Of a stretch of DNA of 64,000 nucleotides, positions 41,316 through 54,536 are shown in pieces. Where the stretch lies: positions 124,001 through 188,000 of the forward strand of contig NW_019028982.1 of assembly GCF_002105155.1 (NCBI RefSeq). The letters run 5' to 3'. Positions within the stretch are counted from its first letter, which is position 1. Each line of letters starts with the position of its first letter. The DNA comes from Lobosporangium transversale. Lineage: Eukaryota. The notes beneath the pieces are model-generated. The model saw only the letters and a program-made list of their open reading frames with translations, was not told where the DNA came from and ran no database searches. A program made the position numbers and the translations under genes.

Positions 41316-43031
41316 CTATCCAAGTCTATCATTCAGTGCACTGAGGTCAAGGTCTGGACGGGACTCTATTAACCATTGCGCTAAGCTATTCGTTCGAAAG
41401 TCTTCCAGTAGACCAGCCAGTTGCTCTAGCTTTGGCCAACTTTGGAGCATGGCCTCTATATGGTGTTTCTTGAGCATGCTAGCCTCTTCCTTGCGAAACC
41501 CAAACACTCGAAGCTGTCTCAACTGATAAAGCTTTCCCAGGCAGTCAATGAAGGTATGTCGCATGGGCACCCACCCAGCATGTCCCATTCTGAAGGAGAG
41601 AGTCTCTAATTCCGTCATCGTCCCGATTTGTCCATAGAGATACTGCAGGTACTGCGTAGCAGGCTCTCGTCCTGTAATTGTACAATTATCAACAAATAAG
41701 ATTGAAAGGGAGCGTAACTTCGTGCATTCCCACTGCGTGTTGGCTATTCCGTCCATGAGGATCGGGATTGCATCTCCAAAGATCAGTCTGACAGCAAGCG
41801 ATTTCAAGTGGGTACAACTCGTGGTAATTCGCTGCAGTCCCGTGGCAGTAATGCCTTTCCCTTGACTGATACGCACTGATGTTAAGGTTGTCTGATGTGC
41901 CAGCATCGCATTCAATGTTATATCTGTAGTTGACCCGTAGAGACGAGTGGCTATTGATTCTAATCCTGATCGCTCTTCGTACAATGCGGCCGATGATGGC
42001 AAACAAGCCAAGATCAATTTGGCTTGTGGGACTTCACCCATCAATACTGTCCTAATGTCTAAGTGCTTCAATCTTGGGCAGTGAGTTTTGATAACATTAG
42101 AGATATCCTGATACACTGCAGAGGATACTGTCGGAGGGCTATGGACAACTAGCTGCTCCAGAAATGGGCATCGAGCCAAGTAGTCCGCTATGATTATTTC
42201 AAACAGTTCTGTGTTGAGACTCAAGTCTTTGATCCTGCCATGCTCACTTTTCATCAGTTCTATCTGCTGCCTATACATATCCAATTCTGTCAGTCCCACC
42301 TCTTGGTTTTCGTATATGGATGAGTCAACCGACACATGGAGCTTTTCCAACTGTAGACCAGCTTTAAGTATTTGTAAGTGATCTGCAAGCGAGATTCTGC
42401 CTGTTAACGTCAAGACAAGTTTTTGAAGCCCTGATAAGCTGCTCATAACCGCGCTAAACTTCTGTATAAAATCGGCATCGACTTTGAGGTATGATAGCTC
42501 GATTTCATTAAGCGTTGAGTGGACTGTCATGAAGGCCAGGATCCGAGATACTACAATTGCTATATCCTCTGTTTGTAGCCGATTATTGCTAGTCATCTGG
42601 TTCCGGAACTTGAAGCGAACAAGGTTTGGGAAGAAAGATAAATGCGAGAGTGGTATCAATGATTGCGAGGCGGATGAGCTCATAGTGTTGCCATCAACTT
42701 GATTTAGCCATATTGGTAGAGCGGCTGCCAATTTGATGGATCGGACGGAATATCGATATAGGTCTCGACGTGTATCAGGTGTGGTTTCCGATTGAAGGAG
42801 AAAAGGTGAGTTCGAGCTGACAAAGTCGCGTCTCTCCTGGGCAGCAAGTCTAAGATGGATGTTGCGCCAAAGATAAGGTACGAATGCGGACCAAAATGAT
42901 CTAGAGACACAAACACAACGGCTTAGGTCCCGAGGAGAGAGGTAAGAAACGATTTCATCGAGGACAAGTGAGATGTCTAGGAGGCGGATGGTGGAGTGCT
43001 CCATGGAATGTTTCATGGTAAACATGTACAT
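41316..43031 (-). CDS. F-box/LRR protein, intronless
   Basis: F-box LLDISLVLDEIVSYLSPRDLSRCVCVSRSFWSAFVPYLWRNI, then CPRLKHLDI, WECTKLRSLSI, LYGQIGTMTELETL and MLQSWPKLEQL. Confidence 0.85.
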   Translation of the reverse strand: MYMFTMKHSMEHSTIRLLDISLVLDEIVSYLSPRDLSRCVCVSRSFWSAFVPYLWRNIHLRLAAQERRDFVSSNSPFLLQSETTPDTRRDLYRYSVRSIKLAAALPIWLNQVDGNTMSSSASQSLIPLSHLSFFPNLVRFKFRNQMTSNNRLQTEDIAIVVSRILAFMTVHSTLNEIELSYLKVDADFIQKFSAVMSSLSGLQKLVLTLTGRISLADHLQILKAGLQLEKLHVSVDSSIYENQEVGLTELDMYRQQIELMKSEHGRIKDLSLNTELFEIIIADYLARCPFLEQLVVHSPPTVSSAVYQDISNVIKTHCPRLKHLDIRTVLMGEVPQAKLILACLPSSAALYEERSGLESIATRLYGSTTDITLNAMLAHQTTLTSVRISQGKGITATGLQRITTSCTHLKSLAVRLIFGDAIPILMDGIANTQWECTKLRSLSILFVDNCTITGREPATQYLQYLYGQIGTMTELETLSFRMGHAGWVPMRHTFIDCLGKLYQLRQLRVFGFRKEEASMLKKHHIEAMLQSWPKLEQLAGLLEDFRTNSLAQWLIESRPDLDLSALNDRLG

Positions 43032-43163
43032 GCGGAGCTTAAAAGAAAGAAAAACCTTATTTGGAAAGGCTCCGAATGTTGATCTGCAGTTGAAGGGTAA
43101 AACAGATCTGCTACAGTAATTTCAGCAACAGTCTAATTACACCATTTAAAACATTTCTATATA

Positions 43164-46100
43164 ATGGATCACTCACAAGATCAAGTAGGACATTGGTGTG
43201 CTCGTGGTCGTAGTCGTGGCCGTGGCCGTGGCCGTGGCCGTGGTCGTGGCAGAATTGTTTCCAACAAAACAAATGGCAACAGCAGTAGCAACAGAGGCAC
43301 AATCAGCAAGCGCGGACACAATAATCATCTAAGTCCCGGGCATAGTCACGGCGCTCACAATAATGACACTAGCATTAGACGTCAAGACAGCGATACCAGC
43401 CATAATGCTCCTGCAACCATGATCAATCGTGCTAGTCCAGCCAGAGGACGAAGCAGACCACGAGCAAGGAATTTCAATAGAAGTCTACTAGGACAAAATG
43501 CCAGTAATTCACCTTTATCTGGCTACAGCAGTGCGTCTAATCATGATACTGCTGATCCCAACGAAGGATATTCATCAGCATCCTCAAGTGATAATACACA
43601 AATGGATTGGTGGATGCTCCCTAAAAAAGAGTACAGTAACCTGCTTCCGCCAATACCGCCCACGAAATCTGAAGCAGATATTGAAATCTACCGAAAGAAT
43701 CAGCCAGCATCAGGTTTCATAACATTCCTTTGTAAGAAACGTGTGGAGAAAGTGATAAATGATTTAGAGCTTCGCAAAAATAAGCTGGAGGAGGCAGGTG
43801 TAGGCTTGTCACCCACTGAGCGCAGTTTTTCGCTGGCAAGAATCAACAGGTTCATCAGATATCAATCTAGCCTGCAAAACTATATGCTCCAGATCGCGCA
43901 TCCACAGGACCAACTGGATTTCTATGCAGATGCGTGCATTATTATCCAGAATTATCAATTTTGCATTCGTACGATTGACCAGCTGCTTGGAATAGAAGAC
44001 ACTCCATTCCATCTGGAAAGTAAAGGTGATATTATAGATAAGGTGGTTCATCATGCAGAGTTGCTTGACAAATTTCTCCCTGGAAGACAACTTAAAGTAA
44101 GTATGCCAAGTGCATCAAACATACCAAGCACATCAAACATACCGAGCACATCAAACATATCAAGCGTATCAAATGCCCCAAACCCAAATCCTCTGATTTC
44201 TCTGGATGTCAAGCATTCATTTCATGGTAATAAAAGATCAAATAAAGATGAAAAGTTGTTATCAGATTCTTCCAATCAGGTCTAAATCTCACCGTTTAAT
44301 CTATTTTACCTGTCATTGTGTATCCACGCCAGGAACATTTTCTGCTGGACGAATTCAAGCAGATTCCCCAGTAATTCCTTCAAAAAGAGCATTCGAACCC
44401 AACCTAGAGAACTCTCCAGATGCACATGGACAAACTGAAAAGTCTGCGTCGCGATTAAAACTTGATGATCATAGAGGTAATCTTTCCGCTCCGACCTAAC
44501 ATCTGGCTATCTCCAAGGATCTGTTTTCTAACAATCCTTCTCTTCTCCTCTTTTTTTTTTTTTTTTTTTTTTTTTGTAAACATGGATCATAAACTAACCA
44601 GAAACCATTCACCCAAGGGATAAAAATGCTCAAGCGCAAACTGCTCTCAATCGATTAAAGGACTTCAACAACTCCCCATCAGTGCCGCATTCAATTAATG
44701 CCTCTTCATTTCCTACGCATACCATCAATAATCCGGTGGTTCCGAAGACGACTTTCAGCCCACCCTTAAGCGTACCGGACAGTACAGAGATGGGTCAGAA
44801 ATCGATTGCAGCGCCTGCACATGCTCACACTTCCTCAGTAAGCGTTGCCGTGAAGCTAGAGGTCGAGCCAACAGAGATGTCCATCGATAAAGTCCAGAGC
44901 CAGGGCTTTCAGTCTCTAAACGCCAAGTCAACTAGAACCGAAGCCGTGTCTTCCTCGAGCTCGGCTCCGCATGGACATGGTCCTATAGTGCCTTCGCCTT
45001 CAATATCAGTATTACATCAACAAAAACCTGTAGGAATGCCACCTTCGCCTCTCATGCTTCAAGGGCCAAAAGACACGACAATACCATCCTTGCACTCAAA
45101 ACCACAAGGAGGAGAACCTACGTCAGTACTGCCTTCAGGCTCAACATCACAAGGAAGGGACATTCTAAAGACTCCTACAGGCTCAATGCCGCAGAATCAA
45201 GGATCCATGCCGGCATCATCCTCAAGCTCGGTATCGAAAGTAGGATATGCTGTAGCATGCTCGAGCCTCATGCTACAAGGGCATGGATCTACAACAACAC
45301 CATCTCCGGCTGCGGCACAAGCCCGTGAAACCAATGTTTCAAAGCCAACGACGTCTTCAACCTCAGTAATGGCAACCATGCCCACACCTCATAAATTTTC
45401 GGACTTGCCTTCGATCATTAGTACCCAAGGAGAGCAACTACCGATCATCAAGCCATCTCAACCAAAGCGCAACGCCATCCAAAAGGTCGAAGACGCTACT
45501 AGTAATACTATATTTCAGAATCCGAGTGACAAAATAGATCCCCAATTAATTCCAGCACAACCCACCTCTGAGGCAACATTTGGTCCTCTTTTACAGACCA
45601 AAGCAGAGTCATCCGCCCCAGAAGCTGCAATAGCAAGTCAAGGCTACTGTAACGAAAAAGGGACAGGTCAAGGAAACATGACAGACAGACCGCAAGCGAG
45701 TTCCACCACACATAATGCTGACAACGCACCCCGACAGGGTCAATCAAGCTTGACTTCATCTTTGCCTGTCTCGCCAGCGGAGCATACTGAACCCAGAGCG
45801 GGCCTTGTACATACGGGATACGGCCAGGTGGTGGACGAGCAACGAAACTGGCTTAACAAACATCGTGTGTCTGCAGTCGTTAGCTCTGAGCCCAATGCTC
45901 GGATGTTAGTTGAGCAAATCCAGCAAGTGCTTTCTGAGGTTCGGACACAGGAGAAGCTTGTGGAGCAAAACGAGACTTTGAGTCGCCAAATGGCACTATT
46001 AAAGGACGAAATTCAGGATCTCAAAATTAAAAATGGGCAACAGGCACAGGCTATGAAGGAGATAAACCTTAGGCGAGATGCTGAGAGAGATATGCTTCAA

Positions 46101-46589
46101 GCAAGTCTTCAGCTGGAGCTGGAGAAAATACAGACGCTCCAGGAGACAAGTCTCCGACGGCAAGCTGAGGAAGACCTTGACCTTGCCAAGAAGGAAATAC
46201 AAGAACAACGTATTCGGAACCGTGAATCTGAATTAGAAAGATGTAGAGCTGAGGCCTTGACATTAGTTGCAAAGACGAGAGAAGAGAGCCGAACAGCTCA
46301 ATTAGAGGTTGCTAAGGCCAGAGAAGAGCGTGCAATAGCACTAGAGAAACTGGCTCGTTCTGAGGCAGAGAAACAGGGGCTACTTAGAATGATCCTATCA
46401 ATGGAAGCAATGGGTCATTCAAGAATGGCTTTGTCAGATCAGTTGGGAAGTACTGTGATAGCTCCAGACTGTAGCGAAGGCTCGGTCATGGTTCAAAAGT
46501 ACCCGTACCCCGATGTTAGTTCTCTAGAACTGGAGGCAGCCAGTGTGAATGCCTCAAATGAAGGTGATCGCCAGGCCCATCACAGATAA
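43164..46589 (+). CDS. Hypothetical protein with N-terminal RG repeats, a helical domain, an S/P/T-rich linker and a C-terminal coiled coil; probably 3 exons (could be two genes)
   Basis: Three consecutive same-strand ORFs (43164-44285, about 44333-44476, about 44602-46589) separated by intron-like segments. The exact splice sites are ambiguous. Confidence 0.6.
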
Positions 46590-46597
46590 TTTATTGT

Positions 46598-46630
<33 letters not shown>

Positions 46631-46897
46631 AATAACATTCTTTTCAGTTTGAAGTCTCGCGTCTGGTGTCATTTTTATCATGTCTCTGATACGCTAAAAA
46701 TTATAATGTCAATGTCTCTCGAATAACTTTATTTGAGATGGGAATAAAATAAAATAAAAATGACGTCCGTGCAAACCTGCAGACCATTGATATAAAAAGC
46801 AGAATCGTCTTTTATCCATCACCAAAAAACTTTCACTCACTTTCTTTGCCTTTACCCTCCACTTCCTTTCATACTCTTTGTTTTTTATTACTTCCTC

Positions 46898-48816
46898 ATG
46901 TCTGCCTCTTCAAGCAATCCGGAGTCCCCCACGATTATCCAGGTCATTCTGGCGATCAAGGATGCAGCCATCTCACAGCTCTCTAGTAAAACAGCTCCAA
47001 AAAAATTGGTCGGCCATGGTGAGCTCCGTGTGTATTCGTCTTCTTTACCAGGCATAATCCCTCCGTCCACAAATCCCTCAGGAGCTGATGGTCCTACCGA
47101 ACCTCCAACGACATTCATGAGTCTGGAGACAGACGACGCCTCTACAAAGTCACATAAGAGCCTAATCACCCATCCACTGATGCCAAGATCTACAGCTCAA
47201 AAAGTTGGTGATCGAACATGGCAATTTTCGGTAGCAGGCAATGGATACTTGGAGCTTCAGTTACCAAAGTGAGTGCAGGGCCATGTCAAATCAGAAAAAA
47301 ATATTAATGAACATCACATTTAACAATGACATGACAATAGTTGCATATAATGTATAATGTCTGCTACTGCTGTCATTTTCATTGTTATTGTCATTGTTGC
47401 TGGTGATGATACTGTCCAAAAATGCAAACTCCAAAGAAGAATTTTTTTTGGGGACAGAACAAATGATCGCCAATGTCGTCACTTTGCTAAGTTTATTGAC
47501 AAAACATCTTTTTTTACCCATCAATTGCATAGTGCCTCTGAGGAAGAAATTACGATTCTCGAAAACATCTTGACAGACAGAGTTGTGTACACGAATCAGT
47601 ACCAATTGCGAAACCAGTTGGCACTGGTTGATGATGTAGGTCAAATCTTCGGTGTTTTGGACCAAGAGGGTGTTCAGATGGAGGACGATGATGCTGTTTC
47701 TCTCTCAGAAAACCAGAAATCACCCGTTGTGATCGAGGCCATAGAACCACAAGATGAAAATGTTAGTACTCGCTGTGAATCTGCTTACGAGAATTTTTTT
47801 TTTTCCATATTCAAATGTCTTACCCTCATTTATTTTGTACTTTGTAAAAAAAAAAATTCTAGGAAGACAAGCCATTGCGGCTCAGAATCACAGTACCCTC
47901 AGCCGACGACATGGCTGATTACCTTACCACTGCTTCCCAAATCTTTGGTGAGCAAATGGTCAAAGGCGCAACCGTCGTTGCTGGTGGTATTGTTAGGTGA
48001 GACCATATCACATACACTGAGTCTACTATTGACATGATTCGTCTTATTTTTCATCAAACCTAATTCTCTTTTACCTTGAAAAAAAAAAAAAAAAAAAAAA
48101 ATTACGTAAACAGTTCGAGCACGTATCTCAATTCCAGGATCCCTGAAACACAAAAACCTCTCAAGATCTCGCCTTTTATCAAGAATCGAATCCGTAACGT
48201 CGCCAAACTTAGCCGCACTACCTTCTCAGTAACCAGCCGCATCAAATCTGCCATCGTCAATAAAGCCATGAGTACCGGTTACAGAGCTATCAAGTACTGG
48301 ACTTCTAAAGATGACCCACAATCGTATTCAACTATGCAAAACATTTGCTACTCGATCCTGAACTCGGCTGGCGTCTTGATCCAGGCCACAGAAGAGTCTA
48401 TTGGCATTATCTCTGCCCCTGCCATCACTGCGGCTCAGGATTTGGCTGGTAGAACTCTTGGACCAGATGCAAAGGAGTTGGTCACTGAGGCTCTTGAAGG
48501 ATTCCGAAACTTTACGCTCGTCTATTTCGATAACGCTGGAATATCGCGCAGAGCGTTCTTGCACACGACCAGGCTGGCGGCTTTGCGGACGGCACAGGAG
48601 GTCAAGGAAGGAAAGATTAAGATCAAAGAACGTGAAAAGAATCCAAGTGATCACGTTCAAGGAACAATTCCATTTGCAGCCCAAGCAAGTGCTGCTGCCG
48701 CGTCCGCGGGTGCTGCTGCTGGCCATGCCAAGGAGTTGATTTTCAAGTACTTTGGAAAGAATGAAGATCAGGATGGCGCTACGTCATCAGACGCAGATAA
48801 GAAAAAGACCGAGTAA
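46898..48816 (+). CDS. Senescence/spartin-associated domain protein; 4 exons
   Basis: The spliced product has LALVDDVGQIFGVL, KSPVVIE and ASQIFGEQMVKGATVVAGGIV.SSTYLNSRIP..KPLKISP..KNRIR, matching the fungal senescence-domain architecture. Three GT-AG introns are in frame. Confidence 0.7.
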
Positions 48817-49070
48817 GGTCTGGAGTCTTTTAAACTATGTTAGTATTTATTTTTGGGTCACTTGTTGCAGATCCAAATATCAAAAATGTTACGAAATAAA
48901 GTATTTAATTTTGGTGAACCAAGCATATAACAATACGAATGTGAATGTGAACAATCTTGTTCTCCAGCCCTGCTTTTAATATTCTGTCTTTTTCTATGTG
49001 TAAACTATTACTGCTATCCTTCCCTCTTAATTCCACATCATTTGTGTTTCTGTCATGATATAGACACACC

Positions 49071-49654
49071 CTAACGTTTATTAGTCCTGGAGAACCGGAC
49101 TCCCAGCATAATCAGGAGGACATTGGTGGCAAGGAAGAGGCATGAAATCCCAAGATCTCGCCACCGGTATGATATGTCCATATTCAAGCCCTTATAAAAA
49201 TCCTGCCCTTTTGAGTACTGGCAGTAACGGCAATTGGATGTATCGTTTGGGTTGTTGAGGTATCCGGGTGCTTGCTGCAAGAATGATGCAGCATATTCTC
49301 CACAGGCCTGACCGGAAGGAGGCTGAAAGACATTGTATTCTGAATCCGCACATTCTACCTTGAGATTATATAGTTGGCTCGTCACGAGACCCTCGACAGT
49401 GTACCGGTTCTGCATTAGGGTCAAAAAAGAGAAAGCATCGTATCAGTAATCCTACGGATGTCAAACACGGGTACATGGAATCACCACATGACAACAATAA
49501 ACAATATATCCATCTATTCAATTTTTGAGACGTACCGGGTCTAGCCAGTATATCCATGATCGCCAAAACTTTGGCATACTTTCGTATGGCTGTATTAAAA
49601 AAACGAAACAAAATTGTGGTGTATCAGAATAATTTTCATGCGTAGTCTAGAGCT

Positions 49655-49693
<39 letters not shown>

Positions 49694-52600
49694 CAGCTTA
49701 CCATGCTAACACCGCAAAAAAGGCTCAGAGCACTCAAAACGAATGGGTCCAAAAAAAAGGCGGTATGAATGTCGGGAGTCCAAGCTACAATCCATTGTGC
49801 AAGAGTGACCGAAAAAACTGTATAGATTACCGTTGTCAAGTACGTATACAATGTTGAAATTGGATCCGTCGTAAAACCGGTGGTCCAGTAAAGCGTGCAA
49901 AAAAAGACCGTCGAAGTAAGGAGAACCCAAGGTAACTCGATCAAAATAATTGAAGCTGAAAATGGAAACCAACCATAGTATTTACTCGCCTTGTCACGGA
50001 TATACCACTGTCGCTCCGCATGGAATCTGTATTGGACTGCGTTAACCAATATTGGCGATAACACCAAAATTTGAAAAACCACAAAGACACGCAATTGGAG
50101 ATCAACCAAACTGTGACCGAGGCGAAAGAATGCAAATCCGTTCAACAATCCAAAGACAGCCATCATTTCAAGGCGAGCCAGGTTGTATTCAGGGAGACGC
50201 CAGTAAGTTTTTGCCATACGCTTAAAGACATACTTGAATTGCGTGCCCATACTAGCGGCGTACTCGCGTTCCTGTGAGGGGTTCGTGTCTGCAATGTTAG
50301 GGCCATTGCTTTCAAGAGCCTGGCGTATCGCTTGGATATCCCCTAGTAACTTCTGCTTTTCTGGCGAGCGGTCCCAGAGCACAGGCCAATCCATAGAACT
50401 CCTTAAGTTGATCACATCTAAGATGTATTCTGCTGGGTTGGCATCCTCGGTACACCTAGGTGCCCCGTTTTTTTCAAAGTAATTGATGATACTTGAAGAA
50501 TCTTGGCCTATTTCCCCAAAGTAAACGGTCCTGCCACCCTTTGCCAACAAGAGAATATCGTCAAAGAACTCAAACAACTGCGCTGAAGGCTGATGGATTG
50601 TGCACAAAATGGCCTGACCCTGGTCTGTCAACTTGCGCATGAATCGCATAATACTGAAGGCTGCTTGCGCGTCCAATCCGGATGTAGGCTCGTCCAGGAA
50701 TAATAACTTGGGCTTTGCCACCAGCTCTATTCCAATGCTCAGGCGCTTTCGCTCCTCAACAGAGATCCCTAGGCCCGACTCCGTGCTTCCGATCATCGCA
50801 TCCGCAATATCTTCCATTTCGAGGATTTGGAGGATTTTCTCTACATATGCCTCCTTATCAGCTTTCGAGACTTCAGCCTGTTGTCGCAAGTAAGCAGAAA
50901 ATCGAAGTGCCTCACGGACAGTACTTTCTGGGACATGCACATTTAGTTGCTCACAATATCCCGTTGTGCGCTGGAAATCTCGACGCAGAGGTTGACCGTC
51001 AACTTCAATGTGTCCTGTCACAGTTCCTATGGTCTTTCTTTGAGCCAACACATCTAACAGCGTAGTTTTTCCCGCTCCTGAGGACCCCATTAAAGCTGTC
51101 ATGGTGCCTGGTTTCACATAACCTGTAATGTTACACAATAGTTGTTTCTTTCCTGATGGATCAGCCCTATTTGGGACCACGTAATCCATGTTTTCCCATG
51201 AGAAAACAGATCCTTTGGCTATATCCCCTCCTGACGGCGCCCTTTCAGTAGTATCCAGGTGCGTTTCATCAGCTGAAGAAGCAGCCTGATAGGGCTGAGA
51301 GCCCAAGCCTTGTTCCACATCAGGAGCAGGGTGGATGCTTGCTCCTCTCACAGAACCTCTGGGTAGCTTTCCCTTCTTAGGCTTCTTGAACACGTTGGTG
51401 CTGAACCCTCCCTTGCCATACTCTTTTGTGTCCATGACCCAGGCGGCGGCAACTGTAAAGAGTATCCAAAATAATGCAACTGCTACAATATTAATCCACA
51501 TCTCTGACGTCTTATATCGGTATGCACCATAAAGGTAGTCAGGTCCATCTACGTAATTTTGTTGGGGCTTTGAACCTGCTATAGTGCAGACTTGATTGGC
51601 AGTGCTATCGTATCCAGGACCATGAGGAATTAAGTAAGGCGCATCGCATGTGAAGCGTAGACCTGACATTTCATTAGCCATCAGAGCCTTGAAGGCATAC
51701 GCCAAAGGATTTCTATATTTAGCAATTTTGATGTTAAAAGAGATGCCTATTTTCTTTGCATATTTGCAATCATAAGCGATATTTGATGGCACCAAGCGGT
51801 ACAGATCGAGCATTGATCAAAGACTTACATCCAGAAGAGCCAAACAAACCATGGATGCAATGATTGATATGGAATAAGATATCCCGAAAATAAAATACAT
51901 CCCAGCACGATTACGCTTGCGTACGTATTCGCACCATCGAATGTTCTTGACGCACACCCGCTACAGTAGAATAATAATAAGGGATATCGAGATGTAGAGT
52001 CTGATTGAGTAAAGCGGTTATTTCCCTTGATCTCCAAGACTCATTGTTATAGACTTTGGATCCGTACCATAATCGAAAAAACGCTGTCATGCAGAGCGTT
52101 GCAAGTGTTAAAGCGAGTACAAAAATGAAGAACTTTCCGGCTGTTCGCTGCAACCCCGCCATGAAATACACGATACAAGAATAAATCAGCGTATGAATCA
52201 CATTAATTGGGATGTCAACGATAGCCTGTGCAATGCAAAGTGCACTAGGTCTATACATGGCATATTTCTTGAGCTTGTAAAGGATAGGCCGTCCATCAAT
52301 GACCGTCGTAAGCTCCTCCTCCGCGACCAAAGCATTGAAGAGTACTGAGAAATAGATGAGGCCTCCCCTGGTAAATGCACCTAAATGACAGAGGCCACGA
52401 CCAAACAATTATATGGACAACACATTTAAACATTGGAACAGCTGATCAGAGTGCACATTCATGTGGTCATAACCATAGGAAAAAACGCGGGTACTCACCG
52501 GTGCTAGTAGTAGGCAGTAGTAAGAAACAAGTTCCAACCATAATGGCCAAGACTATCATCTAGTAACAAGACCAGAAGAGGGAAATGTTAGTCAGCTTAT

Positions 52601-53599
52601 CGTTAGGAACCAAACAGGCGCATTCTCTTCTGGAGATTTGATCTATAGTTCTAAGCTTCTTACAGAAATATAGCGTGACACTAAACTTCCGATGTTTCCT
52701 CTCACGAGATAAATTTGGCGAATGACCATTGCCCAGATTTGGTTCCAATACGTGATTGTATATGGGTTTTTGATGGAAACGTGCTTCTGTTTCTCCAGGC
52801 GGGCGGTCTCCCTGAAGCTTTCATTAGCACCTTCGTCACTTAACCGAGCCTCATATTCTGTTAGCTGTTTGATTGCTTGATCATAATATACAGACTGCTT
52901 ATAAAGCTGCTCAAACTGCTCTGGAGTGCTTGGAAGATTTGAAGCTGCTGTGGGATCAAGCCCCGGCATAGGCTTGCGTTCATGTCGGTCTGTAACTGCC
53001 GTCAAGAATTCGGCTGTTGTCTGACGTTCTGGGCAATAAAACCCCATACTAATAAAGTATTGCCTCGCATCCTTCGCTGGACCGAAATATATGCAACGAC
53101 CCTTATAGAGCACTAAAACTTTGTCAAACAGGCGGTAAATGCTGTCGGAAGCCTGGTAGATGGAGACTAAAGTGGCTTGCCGGAATAGATTTGTCTGAAT
53201 TCGAAGGGACTTGACGTAGTCGAGAGCAGATGAGGCATCCAGACCACGTGTGGATCCATCCCACATGTTAATGCTGGATCGCGTAGCCATCTGTTCTGCA
53301 ATGGAAAGGCGTTTACGTTCGCCGCCCGAAATGCCTCGGATAAAGGCATTTCCGACGAGAGTGTCTCTTTGGCGCGTTAGGCCATACATCTTTGTAAGAA
53401 CATCAAGGAACTTCTCCCGAAAGTCCTTTCGGCCCGTAATGTCTGGGAGACGAGCACGCGGCGTTCTGGCTTTGAGGGCGGTGTCCAACGTTTGGTTAAC
53501 GGTCAGACTGGGATAATGAAAGTCATCTAGAAGTAAAAGGTAGCGAATTTTGACTGTTTTAACTTGATGAAAGGTAACGTCCAAAGGATGAAGTTCTTT

Positions 53600-53634
<35 letters not shown>

Positions 53635-54536
53635 TAATCTGAGTACTACTTGCCTTCCTGGTTATAGAGCACCTCACCCTTATAGTGCTTAGCAACAATG
53701 TCAGCACTCAGGTTGTTGAAGGAGACCTCTCCTAAAACTTTCTTGTAATTCTTGCGGTCATTTGCTAGTACGCGCAATAAGGTTGAACAACCCGCGCCAG
53801 GCCTTCCCAGCACCAAGACCATTTCGCCTCCTTCACAGCATCCATCCATGGGATACAGGATCGTCTTAGTTTTTTTGGAAGATATTTTTCTGTTCGTACA
53901 TTTACGGACCCAAAAAAGAGGGTTGATAAAGTTGAAGAACGCTACAAAGGGATCGCCTGTTGTGGCAATATACCGATTCTCAACGCCTTCGCCAATGACA
54001 CTTAGTTGTTTCCAGCACACACCCATTGTCCATATCTTGATACCCTTTTCTGCAAAGCCCGGTAGAATATCTTCTTTGAGAAGGGCTTCATAGTCAAACG
54101 GGATTTCCTGCCCGCCGGCCTCCTTCTGAGGCAGCTCTGCCTGCTGTTGCTGTTGAGGCGGAATAGAGCTCTTTCTCCGAACAATTCCAGCTTTTCCAGT
54201 GGTCCCCAAACCGCTGTGACGAGATTCCCTGGTAAGTGTACATTCTAACCGCCGGAAATCGTGTTCTGCATCTACAACGTTCACGTTACTTGGACCTTCA
54301 CCCCATTGACCTGTGTGGATATTTTGATAGGTTTCGTCTGGAGATATTTCCTGACGTTCATGCTCTCCATCATCACGGAGTTCTTCATCAATGATATCCT
54401 CAAGCGAGCTCTTTTTTTGTTGTGATTTCGTTGGAGATTTAGATAAAAGATTCTGAAGAATACCATAGTATGCTGGCTCCTGTTCCTGGGATGCACTAGT
54501 GCTACCCGTGTTTGGTGATAGCGAGGGTCGGTACAT
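49071..54536 (-). CDS. Full-size PDR-type ABCG transporter (NBD-TMD)2; 8 exons
   Basis: NBD1 GRPGAGCST, ISGGERKRLSIAE and WDGSTRGLD. NBD2 GSSGAGKTT, ISVEERKRLSIGIEL and LFLDEPTSGLD. PDR motifs NPLAYAFKALMANE and C.YCQY. Confidence 0.95.

Noticed and set aside
38923..54536. P450 plus ABC transporter as a secondary-metabolite or detoxification cluster
   Set aside because: No backbone synthase, and the genes are separated by unrelated ones.
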